Source: an uncultured Christensenella sp. (lineage in GTDB: Bacteria > Bacillota > Clostridia > Christensenellales > Borkfalkiaceae). From it: a stretch of 64,000 nt of DNA. The notes beneath the pieces are model-generated. The model saw only the letters and a program-made list of their open reading frames with translations. It was not told the DNA's origin and made no database searches. This document shows positions 52,530-60,315 of this stretch, piece by piece. Within the stretch, counting starts at the first letter, position 1, and each line of letters opens with the position of its first letter. Location of the stretch: NCBI GenBank assembly GCA_910586065.1, contig CAJUGI010000001.1:229616-293615 (forward strand), written 5' to 3'. The position numbers were made by a program, and so were the translations under genes.

Positions 52530-53402
52530 TTAGTATTTTATGGAGACGGCGCAGGCGAGCGCTCCCGGACCTATGTGGCAGGAAACGCTTAACGACAGGG
52601 GGTCGATATAAGAAAATCCGATATCGGGGAACGCCGCTTTGAGCTCTTCGCGGAATTTTTCGGCTTCGGTAAAGTTTTGCGTGTGGGCAACGGCAAGAGT
52701 TAATTTGCCGTCGGCGCGGAGCTGTTTGAAACGCGTTTCCACGTCCTTTTTAATTGCGTTTATCATAGTGGTCTTTGCGTCGGTAAGTTTTCTTACCTTT
52801 GCGTACTGGTCTAACTTTTCGCCCTGAATCTGTAAAACGGGCTTGATTTTTAAAAGCGTGCCAATCGCGGCGACGGCGGGGGTGAGACGTCCGCCTTTTT
52901 TGAGATATTTGAGGGTGTCAACCATTATGTAAATGCTCGACTGCATTTTTGTGTCCATTAAAAAGGCGTAAATTTCTTCGGCGGGTTTGCCTTCGTTTGC
53001 CATTTTAATAGCGTCGATTACGCTCTGGCGCTGGGTTATCGAAATTCTTTGGTTATCCACAACGTAGACCTTGCCCTTGAACTGCGGTTCGGTTGCCGCG
53101 TAGTGCTGAAGGGTGTGGCAGGTTTCGGAAAGTCCGCTGGACATAGGTATGTAAATTACGGCGTCGTTATCCTTTAAGGCTTTTGCCCAGTATTCGCCGA
53201 CGTCTACGGGGTTGGGCTGTGAAGTCGAAACCTGAGCGTCGGCTTCGAGCTTTTCGTAAAATTTTTCCTGAGATAAGGTTAAATCCTCGAAATAGAGTTC
53301 TCCGTCTATAAGGACGGGCATGGGGACGACTTCGATTCCCATTTCCCTTGCGAGGCTTTGCGTAATGCCGCTGTTGCTGTCGGTCATTATTGCGGTTTTC
53401 AT
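52530..53402 (-). CDS. DegV-family fatty-acid-binding protein
   Basis: 'MKTAIMTDSNSGITQ', 'VSTSQPNP', 'IPMSSGLSET' and 'GPGALACAV'. Confidence 0.9.
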   Translation of the reverse strand: MKTAIMTDSNSGITQSLAREMGIEVVPMPVLIDGELYFEDLTLSQEKFYEKLEADAQVSTSQPNPVDVGEYWAKALKDNDAVIYIPMSSGLSETCHTLQHYAATEPQFKGKVYVVDNQRISITQRQSVIDAIKMANEGKPAEEIYAFLMDTKMQSSIYIMVDTLKYLKKGGRLTPAVAAIGTLLKIKPVLQIQGEKLDQYAKVRKLTDAKTTMINAIKKDVETRFKQLRADGKLTLAVAHTQNFTEAEKFREELKAAFPDIGFSYIDPLSLSVSCHIGPGALACAVSIKY

Positions 53403-53530
53403 ATTATTCTCCTTTTTTAACGAAAGCGTATTAAAATTCTATTACAAATTATAGTATCTGCGTTGTGTGTTGTCAAATAATTGCGCGCGGGTAGCGCGCA
53501 TACGGCGGAGGGAATTGAGCGGATTTTTGT

Positions 53531-53560
53531 AATTTGTGTACAAAAACCGTCAATTTGTGT
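53531..53560 (+). promoter_or_regulatory. 9-bp direct repeat with 12-bp spacer (LytTR-box architecture) just upstream of the GH3 promoter
   Basis: AATTTGTGT at 53531-53539 and 53552-53560. The second copy ends 8 nt before the -35. Confidence 0.45.
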
Positions 53561-53568
53561 CATTATTA

Positions 53569-53596
53569 TTGAAAAACAGCTGTTTGCCGTTATAAT
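53569..53596 (+). promoter_or_regulatory. Putative sigma-A promoter of the GH3 gene
   Basis: TTGAAA-N16-TATAAT. Confidence 0.55.
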
Positions 53597-53644
53597 GGGA
53601 GCAGATTTATAATTACCAAAAATATTGCTTGTAAGAGGAGAATA

Positions 53645-56041
53645 ATGGACAGTAAAACGATTGAAAGACTGACTTTAAGGCAAAAGGCCGACCTGTTGAC
53701 GGGAAAGGATTTTTGGGAGACGCTTGATATTGCGGAAGAGGGGATACCTTCTTTATTTTTGTCGGACGGTCCTCACGGACTGAGGAAACAGGCGGCAAAG
53801 GCCGACCATCTTGGATTTAACGCGAGTATTCCCGCAACGTGTTTTCCCACGGCGGCGGCAATGGCGAACAGCTGGGACGACGCTTTGGGTGAAAAACTGG
53901 GAGAGGCGCTGGGCGAAGAGGCGGCGTCGATGGGAGTGAATATGCTGCTGGGTCCCGGCGCTTGCATGAAGAGAAATCCGCGCTGCGGAAGGAACTTCGA
54001 ATACTTTTCGGAGGACCCCTATCTTGCTGGAAAGATGGCGGCGGGGTACATACGCGGCATACAGAAGAGCGGCGTTTCGGCATGCGTAAAGCATTTTGCC
54101 TGCAACAGTCAGGAAGAGCGCAGAATGGTTTCGGATTCGGTTGTGGACGAAAGGACGCTGAGGGAAATTTATCTGACCGCGTTTGAAATAGCCGTTAAAG
54201 AGGGCGGCGCGAACGCGATAATGTCTTCTTACAATAAAATAAACGGCACGTTCGCCGATGAAAACGAGCATTTACTCAAAGATATTCTCCGCGGGGAATG
54301 GGGATTTGACGGCGTTGTGGTTTCGGACTGGGCGGGGTGCAACAACAAGGTTGCCTCGACCAAAGCGGGAAGCGATTTGGAAATGCCCGCGTGCAGGTAC
54401 GGCGCGGACGATATAGTTAAGGCCGTGGAGAACGGTTCTTTAGATATAAAATACGTTGACGAATGTGTGGCGCGTGTTTTGAAACTGATTGAAAAGACCA
54501 CTGCGCACGAGGCGGGAAAGCCGTTTGACAAGGAGGCGCACCACGCTCTTGCGAGGGAGTGCGCGCGTGAGAGCATAGTACTTTTGAAAAACGACGGCGT
54601 ACTGCCTTTGAATAAGGATTTGAAAATTGCCGTAATAGGAGACTTTGCGGATAAGCCCAGATATCAGGGGGCGGGGTCTTCGGTTGTTAACCCCACCAGA
54701 CTGGACACCGTTCTGAACGAAATAAAGGCGAACGGAGTTAAGATTTCGGGCTATTGCAAGGGGTTTGAAAGATACGGCAAAAGAAATAAAAAACTCCTTA
54801 AAAAAGCCGTTAAGCTTGCAAAGGAATCGGACGTTGCGGTGCTGTTTATGGGACTGGACGAATTCAGCGAAGTGGAAGGGCTTGACAGGGAACACATAAA
54901 ACTGCCTTATAATCAGACCGAGTTGTATCACTCGGTAACGGCTACGGGTAAAAAAGTGGTTGTGGTGCTTTCGTGCGGGAGCGCGGTTACCACGGACTGG
55001 GCTCAGAGGGCGAACGCGATAGTATACGCGGGGCTTTCGGGGCAGGCGGGCGCGGGCGCCGTTTGGGACGTGCTCGAAGGCAAAGTGAACCCGAGCGGAA
55101 AGCTTGCGGAAACTTTCCCTTCGCCGTACGACCCGTGCGCTTCGGCTTCGCATTTCCCCGGAAAGGAGATGACGGTTGAATACCGCGAAGGCATTTACAT
55201 AGGTTACAGATATTTTTTGACTGCGGGCGTAAAGGTTGCGTATCCTTTCGGGCACGGACTTTCGTATACTACGTTTGAATATTCAGGTTTAAACGTATCG
55301 GACGGCGGAGTTTCGTTCATAATTAAAAATACCGGCGGAGTTGACGGCGCGGAGATTGCCCAGCTTTATCTTGGGAAAGACAACGCTAAAGTTTTCCGCC
55401 CCGCCAAAGAACTTAAAGGATTTAAAAAGGTTTTTATAAAAGCGGGAGAGAGCGTGACGGTAAATATTCCGTTCGACGACAAAACTTTCAGATATTTCAA
55501 CATTTTAACGGATAAATGGGAAACAGAAGGCGGGGAGTATAAAATTTATATAGGCGCGAGCAGCGCGGATATAAGACTGGAAGGCGAAATAACCCGCGAG
55601 GGAACGACGGAACAGTATCCGTATTCTCCCGAAAAACTGCCCTCTTATTACAGCGGCAAAGTGAGCGCCGTAAAAGACGAGGAGTTTTCGGTTCTTCTGG
55701 GCTGTGAAATACCGGAATCCGGTTACGATTTTTATAAGAAAAGACGAATGGTTATTACCGAAAACAGCACGGTTGCGGATTTGAGATATTCGCGCCGCTG
55801 GGTGGGAAGAGCCTTTTCGGGAATAATAAGATTTGCTATTGCTTTCTGTTATAAGACGGGGCACAAGGTAAACGCCAACACTATGGTTATGGGCGTTTTG
55901 CACCAGCCCGTGCGCGGACTTGCAAAATACGGCAGGATGAGCCGCAGAAAGATGGAAGGGCTTTTGCTGATGTTCAACGGGCACTTCTTTAAGGGACTTC
56001 ATTATTACTGTTCCAAAGAAAAGGTTAAGAAAGCAAAATAA
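53645..56041 (+). CDS. Glycoside hydrolase family 3 beta-glucosidase (canonical domain order)
   Basis: 'GRNFEYFSEDPYLAG', 'KHFACNSQEERR', 'GFDGVVVSDW', 'KVNPSGKLAETFP' and the Fn3-like 'YPFGHGLSYTTFEYS'. Confidence 0.92.
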   Translation: MDSKTIERLTLRQKADLLTGKDFWETLDIAEEGIPSLFLSDGPHGLRKQAAKADHLGFNASIPATCFPTAAAMANSWDDALGEKLGEALGEEAASMGVNMLLGPGACMKRNPRCGRNFEYFSEDPYLAGKMAAGYIRGIQKSGVSACVKHFACNSQEERRMVSDSVVDERTLREIYLTAFEIAVKEGGANAIMSSYNKINGTFADENEHLLKDILRGEWGFDGVVVSDWAGCNNKVASTKAGSDLEMPACRYGADDIVKAVENGSLDIKYVDECVARVLKLIEKTTAHEAGKPFDKEAHHALARECARESIVLLKNDGVLPLNKDLKIAVIGDFADKPRYQGAGSSVVNPTRLDTVLNEIKANGVKISGYCKGFERYGKRNKKLLKKAVKLAKESDVAVLFMGLDEFSEVEGLDREHIKLPYNQTELYHSVTATGKKVVVVLSCGSAVTTDWAQRANAIVYAGLSGQAGAGAVWDVLEGKVNPSGKLAETFPSPYDPCASASHFPGKEMTVEYREGIYIGYRYFLTAGVKVAYPFGHGLSYTTFEYSGLNVSDGGVSFIIKNTGGVDGAEIAQLYLGKDNAKVFRPAKELKGFKKVFIKAGESVTVNIPFDDKTFRYFNILTDKWETEGGEYKIYIGASSADIRLEGEITREGTTEQYPYSPEKLPSYYSGKVSAVKDEEFSVLLGCEIPESGYDFYKKRRMVITENSTVADLRYSRRWVGRAFSGIIRFAIAFCYKTGHKVNANTMVMGVLHQPVRGLAKYGRMSRRKMEGLLLMFNGHFFKGLHYYCSKEKVKKAK

Positions 56042-56077
56042 ATTAAAACACACATTTTTCATTTTTCTCCTCAAAGT

Positions 56078-56120
56078 GAGTCCGCGCGGATTAATAAATA
56101 TTTTAAAAATCCGCGCGGAC
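56078..56120 (+). terminator. Long hairpin after the GH3 gene
   Basis: 14-bp stem agtccgcgcggatt/aatccgcgcggact with a 15-nt AT loop. The U-tract is weak. Confidence 0.5.
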
Positions 56121-56135
56121 TTCATAATTTACCTC

Positions 56136-56164
56136 TTGAAAAAACAAAATAAAAGTGGTAAAAT
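56136..56164 (+). promoter_or_regulatory. Putative promoter of the LytTR two-component operon
   Basis: TTGAAA-N17-TAAAAT, with TGg immediately upstream of the -10. Confidence 0.55.
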
Positions 56165-56225
56165 AGAGGAAGCCGGTTTTACGGCGGAAATTTTTGCGCA
56201 TTTCTTTTAAAGGAGGGAAACCGAA

Positions 56226-56936
56226 ATGATATTTAACGTTGCTATCGTGGAGGACAGCCCCGAGGAAATGCAGCGGCTTGCGGCGTATTTTAAACGCTAT
56301 GAAAGCGAAAACCCCGACGTGGGATTCAAGATAAGCAAATTTACGGACGGCGACGAAATCTGTGAAAATTACCAGTGCAGTTACGACGTGATTTTAATGG
56401 ATATTCAGATGAAGAGGCTTGACGGAATGAAAGCCGCGGAATATCTGAGAAATTTCGACGACCGTGTGGAAATTATTTTTGTTACGAACTGCACGCAGTA
56501 CGCCATAGGCGGTTACAAGGTGCATGCGTTCAATTACATTTTAAAACCGATGACTTATGCGGTTTTCAGCGCGGAGGTAAAGAGATTTACCGCGTCGATT
56601 GCGAAAAAGAAAGAGGAATACATTCTTATTTCTATGCGCAACAACTCCGTAAGGCTGGCGCTGAGCGAGATTATTTACGTTGAGAGCGTAAAGCACAAGA
56701 TTATCTTTCACACCAAGGACGCGGAGTATGAAATTTTCGGGACGATGCGCGATTATGAGAGCCGTTTGGAGAAAAATAATTTTTTCCGCTGTAACAGCGG
56801 GTATCTGATAAACCTTATGATGGTTAAGGGCGTAAAGGACGATATGGTGAACGTGGGCGGGCACGAACTTAAAATAAGCCGTCCCCGCAAAAAGCAGTTT
56901 ATGGAAAGACTTGCGGGTTTTTACTGCGGAGGTTGA
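56226..56936 (+). CDS. LytR/AlgR-family response regulator (receiver + LytTR DNA-binding domain)
   Basis: Receiver 'DVILMDIQM'. LytTR 'IIYVESVKHKIIFHTKDAEYEIFGTMRDYESRL...FFRCNSGYLINL'. Confidence 0.92.
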   Translation: MIFNVAIVEDSPEEMQRLAAYFKRYESENPDVGFKISKFTDGDEICENYQCSYDVILMDIQMKRLDGMKAAEYLRNFDDRVEIIFVTNCTQYAIGGYKVHAFNYILKPMTYAVFSAEVKRFTASIAKKKEEYILISMRNNSVRLALSEIIYVESVKHKIIFHTKDAEYEIFGTMRDYESRLEKNNFFRCNSGYLINLMMVKGVKDDMVNVGGHELKISRPRKKQFMERLAGFYCGG

Positions 56937-56939
56937 CGT

Positions 56940-58247
56940 ATGCCCGATGAAGTAATGATGGATATACCCCGCGTTTACACGGCTGTTGCCGAATGGCTTG
57001 CGTGCGTGGTTGTAATCGTTTTTGCGGACAAAAGATTTTCCAAAGTGCAGACGGTTGCGCTTGTTGCCGCCGCTCTTTTGATATTTGCCGCTTATCATCT
57101 TATAGCCGAGCTTTTGCCGATAGGATTCTGGATACCGTGTATGATTTTGGCGGTTATGATGATGTGCGGCTTTATATGGCTGACGGTTAAAAGAAACGTG
57201 AAAGTTGCGTGCTATCTGGGCGTTCAGGCATTTATCGTTGCGGAATTTGCGGCTTCCGCCGAGTGGTGGCTTTATTACTTTTTTGCGCAGAACTTTCCCG
57301 CGGTGGCTTCGGTTGCCGGAAACGCGTTGTTTGCGGCGTTTATTTTTGCCGCGATTTTTACCGCTCTGTTTTTTATCGAACGGCATTATAACCGCAGAAA
57401 ACTTGTTTCGGTTACGTTGAAGGACCTGTTTACGGCGGTGGTGATAGTGGTTACGGCGTTTTTGATAAGCAATATAAGTTTTATTCACTGGAATACGCCG
57501 CTTTCGAGCAAGTACGCTCTTGAAATATTTTATATCCGCACTATTGTGGATTTGTGCGGACTGCTGCTTTTATACAGCAACCGTCAGATTAAAAACGCGG
57601 GCAGCGCGGAGGCGGAGCTTACGCAGATAAGACTGCTGCTTGCAAGACAATACGAGCAGTATTGCATTACAAAGGACGCGATAGATTCGGTAAACAGGCG
57701 TTATCACGATTTAAAGCATCAGGTTGCGCTGATACGCGACAAGGGAACGGACGCGGCGGCAAAGCTTGTTAACGAAATCGAAAACGAAACGCGGCTTTAC
57801 GAAGTAGTTTATGACACCGGCAACGAAATTTTAAATACTATTTTAATGTCGAAGAGCGTGCTGTGCGTGCAGAAGGGCATTACGTTTACCTGTGTGGCGG
57901 ACGGCGACGCGCTTAATTTTATGAGCGATATCGATATTTGTTCGCTGTTCGGAAACGCGCTTGACAACGCGATTGAGAGCTTTGACGGAAGCGCGACGGA
58001 AGCGAAGCTTATTAAACTTGCAGTTTATAAGAATAACGGGCTTGTTATAATAAGGTGCGAGAACACGTTTGACGGCGAGTTGAAAATACGCGACGGAGAA
58101 CTTCAGACGACGAAGAAAGAGAGGCAAAACCACGGTTACGGAGTGAAGAGTATTAAGACGGTTGCGGAAAAATACGGCGGCACAGTGAACTTTGCGGTGA
58201 ACGACGGAATTTTTGCGCTTGGCGTGGTTATACCGCTGAAAATATAA
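56940..58247 (+). CDS. AgrC/HPK10-type GHKL sensor histidine kinase with a 6-TM sensor domain
   Basis: Six N-terminal helices, H-box 'RRYHDLKHQVALI', N-box 'FGNALDNAIE' and G-box 'NHGYGVKSI'. Confidence 0.9.
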   Translation: MPDEVMMDIPRVYTAVAEWLACVVVIVFADKRFSKVQTVALVAAALLIFAAYHLIAELLPIGFWIPCMILAVMMMCGFIWLTVKRNVKVACYLGVQAFIVAEFAASAEWWLYYFFAQNFPAVASVAGNALFAAFIFAAIFTALFFIERHYNRRKLVSVTLKDLFTAVVIVVTAFLISNISFIHWNTPLSSKYALEIFYIRTIVDLCGLLLLYSNRQIKNAGSAEAELTQIRLLLARQYEQYCITKDAIDSVNRRYHDLKHQVALIRDKGTDAAAKLVNEIENETRLYEVVYDTGNEILNTILMSKSVLCVQKGITFTCVADGDALNFMSDIDICSLFGNALDNAIESFDGSATEAKLIKLAVYKNNGLVIIRCENTFDGELKIRDGELQTTKKERQNHGYGVKSIKTVAEKYGGTVNFAVNDGIFALGVVIPLKI

Positions 58248-58256
58248 TATGCTTTT

Positions 58257-58296
58257 AAAGCGGCTGAAACGCATGTGCGTTTCAGCCGCTTTTTTA
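58257..58296 (+). terminator. Intrinsic terminator after the kinase gene
   Basis: 17-bp stem aaagcggctgaaacgca/tgcgtttcagccgcttt followed by a T-run. Confidence 0.85.
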
Positions 58297-58616
58297 TTAT
58301 GCGCATAGCAGAAAATGTATAAAATATTACAGAATATGTAATGTATAAACATTTTTCGACAAAGTTTGATATGCTGAAGAAAAAATAAAATAGGCGAATT
58401 GAAGGGGTACCCCTTCTTCGTGTGTTTCACACACGAAGAAAACAAATTGTCTGTTAAAAAGCGCAAGCCGCTTAAAATAATCCGCCGCGGGCGGAAAAGG
58501 AGGAAAAGGGAAAAAAGAATTAACGTTTCACCGCACCCGCGTGCTTAATTTTAAGCGCCGCCGCCCGAAAGGGAAAACAAATTAAATTAACGTAAACAAA
58601 AATAAGGAGATCTTTA

Positions 58617-59840
58617 ATGAAAAGCAAATTAAAAAAGATCGTTGCAGCGGCAATGGCTATTCTTACGCTTTCCGTAGGATTTGCCGGAGCCACGGGTTGC
58701 GGCTATTGCGCCCACAGTCTTGAAACAATAGAAAAGGTACCTTCGACGTGTCTGGAGCACGGCCACGGGTATTCTTATAAATGTAAAAAGTGTAACAAGT
58801 TGTTCGCTTATAACGAAGAAGACGGGCTTTATGAAATAGAAGAAGCGGAGCAGCTTCCTTTAAGCGGGCATACGTTGCCGGAAATCGCGAATCTGGGCGA
58901 CAGTCTGGGCGTGAGACTTAAGGACGGTAAAGAGACCGCCGACTCGATATGGGATTACGAAGTTACGTATAAATGCGCGCTTTGCCACGAGGAACACGCC
59001 GTTCCCGGCGAACATCTCGGAGCAATCGTTCCCCCCAACATAAATAAGACTCAGCAGGGAGGCTCGGGCGACGCTTACAGAGGAACTTACGGTTACGACA
59101 ACGGCGATAAGGAAACGGGAAGACCTTATACGATGATAGAGTTCCTTGCGGGCGTAACCCCTAACGCTTATATAGAGCTTGACCCTTACAGGTATGTAAA
59201 GACTACTACGGGAAAGGTTGACCCCACCAAATATTATGCGGATAAGTACGAGTGGGTTGACTCTTCGAACATAGGCGCGTATCAGCGTTTTCCTTTGTAT
59301 ATTCCCTTTAACGTAAACGAGACGAGATACGTCTTTTACGTAATAAAGAATACGACTACAACGACGACGGACCCCTTGAAAATAGAATGGAGCATAGACG
59401 GCGACGAGTGGGCGAACGTTACGGTTAATCCCGGCGAAATAAAGGTGTTGCCGGTGAAGGCGACTTCGCGCAGTAATATAAACGTTCAGGCGCAGTTTAT
59501 TAAGGTGAGCAACCCCAACAACGCGGCGAGACTCGGCAAAAAAATGAGCATTGAAATTGCCGGACAGTTTTATATAGCCGGCGAGGTTGCAAAGCTGGAC
59601 ATCGACAATCAGCCCGTTAAAACCGAGTATACCGCGGGCGAAATTTTCGACCCGACGGGATTGAAAATTTACGCGACGTACACGGACTACTGTCTGGGCA
59701 AAACGCTGAGAATCGAAGATATGGAGTTCAGTTGCGGAGACAGACCTCTGACTGCGGACGATACGAAAGTTACCGTTTCGTACGGCGGAAAGAAAGTTTC
59801 GATGAATATTACCGTTACGGAGGGCGCGAACAATGGATAA
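58617..59840 (+). CDS. Lipoprotein with a Cys/His-rich N-terminal region and a C-terminal Ig-like module
   Basis: Signal peptide with ...GATGC. 'CAHSLETIEKVPSTCLEHGHGYSYKCKKCNKLF' and 'YKCALCHEEH'. The C-terminal 'YTAGEIFDPTGLKIYATYTDY...VTVSYGGKKVSMNITV' matches the module in the LRR protein. Confidence 0.8.
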   Translation: MKSKLKKIVAAAMAILTLSVGFAGATGCGYCAHSLETIEKVPSTCLEHGHGYSYKCKKCNKLFAYNEEDGLYEIEEAEQLPLSGHTLPEIANLGDSLGVRLKDGKETADSIWDYEVTYKCALCHEEHAVPGEHLGAIVPPNINKTQQGGSGDAYRGTYGYDNGDKETGRPYTMIEFLAGVTPNAYIELDPYRYVKTTTGKVDPTKYYADKYEWVDSSNIGAYQRFPLYIPFNVNETRYVFYVIKNTTTTTTDPLKIEWSIDGDEWANVTVNPGEIKVLPVKATSRSNINVQAQFIKVSNPNNAARLGKKMSIEIAGQFYIAGEVAKLDIDNQPVKTEYTAGEIFDPTGLKIYATYTDYCLGKTLRIEDMEFSCGDRPLTADDTKVTVSYGGKKVSMNITVTEGANNG

Positions 59841-60315
59841 GGTTAAGAGCTTTTTGAGGAAAGCGTGGAATTATCTGAAAACCCGCTGGATAGGTTTTTA
59901 TCTGCTTTTGCCCGTAGTTTTACTTTCGTTTATAACGGCGTTTGTTTATCTGTCCGCTTATAAAGATATGGAAATGGGAAGATATTACAGCACAATCGCT
60001 TTCGTTTTGCCCCTTTTGGGCTGTGCGGCGTTTGCAACGGCGTTCTTTAAGTACACCGAAAGATATACGGCGGTGATTATATTTGCGTTTATGCTTGCAG
60101 GTTTGGGCATGTTTGCAAATTCGGTTTATTACCACGTTGCCGACGTAGCGTTTAAGGGCGGACTTCAGGGACTGGAAACGGGTTTCTGGTTTGTTGCTGT
60201 GGCTTATATTCTGAACATAGTTCTCTGTTTTGTTGCGGCGTTCTTTAAAATTTCGAAGGACGGTAAAAAGACGGCGGAGCCTGAGCCTGCCGAAGTAGCG
60301 GAGGTGCAGTCGTGA
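59833..60315 (+). CDS. Four-helix membrane protein, unknown function
   Basis: 160-aa ORF that overlaps both neighbours (ATG within the upstream stop region, and GTGA with the downstream gene). Four hydrophobic segments. Confidence 0.65.
   Translation: MDKVKSFLRKAWNYLKTRWIGFYLLLPVVLLSFITAFVYLSAYKDMEMGRYYSTIAFVLPLLGCAAFATAFFKYTERYTAVIIFAFMLAGLGMFANSVYYHVADVAFKGGLQGLETGFWFVAVAYILNIVLCFVAAFFKISKDGKKTAEPEPAEVAEVQS

Noticed and set aside
58249-58308. 19-aa ORF (MLLKRLKRMCVSAAFLLCA) immediately after the AgrC-like kinase gene, as a possible AgrD-like autoinducing peptide precursor.
   Set aside because: The ORF is made almost entirely of the two arms of the 17-bp terminator hairpin. It has no ribosome-binding site, and there is no agrB-like gene nearby.
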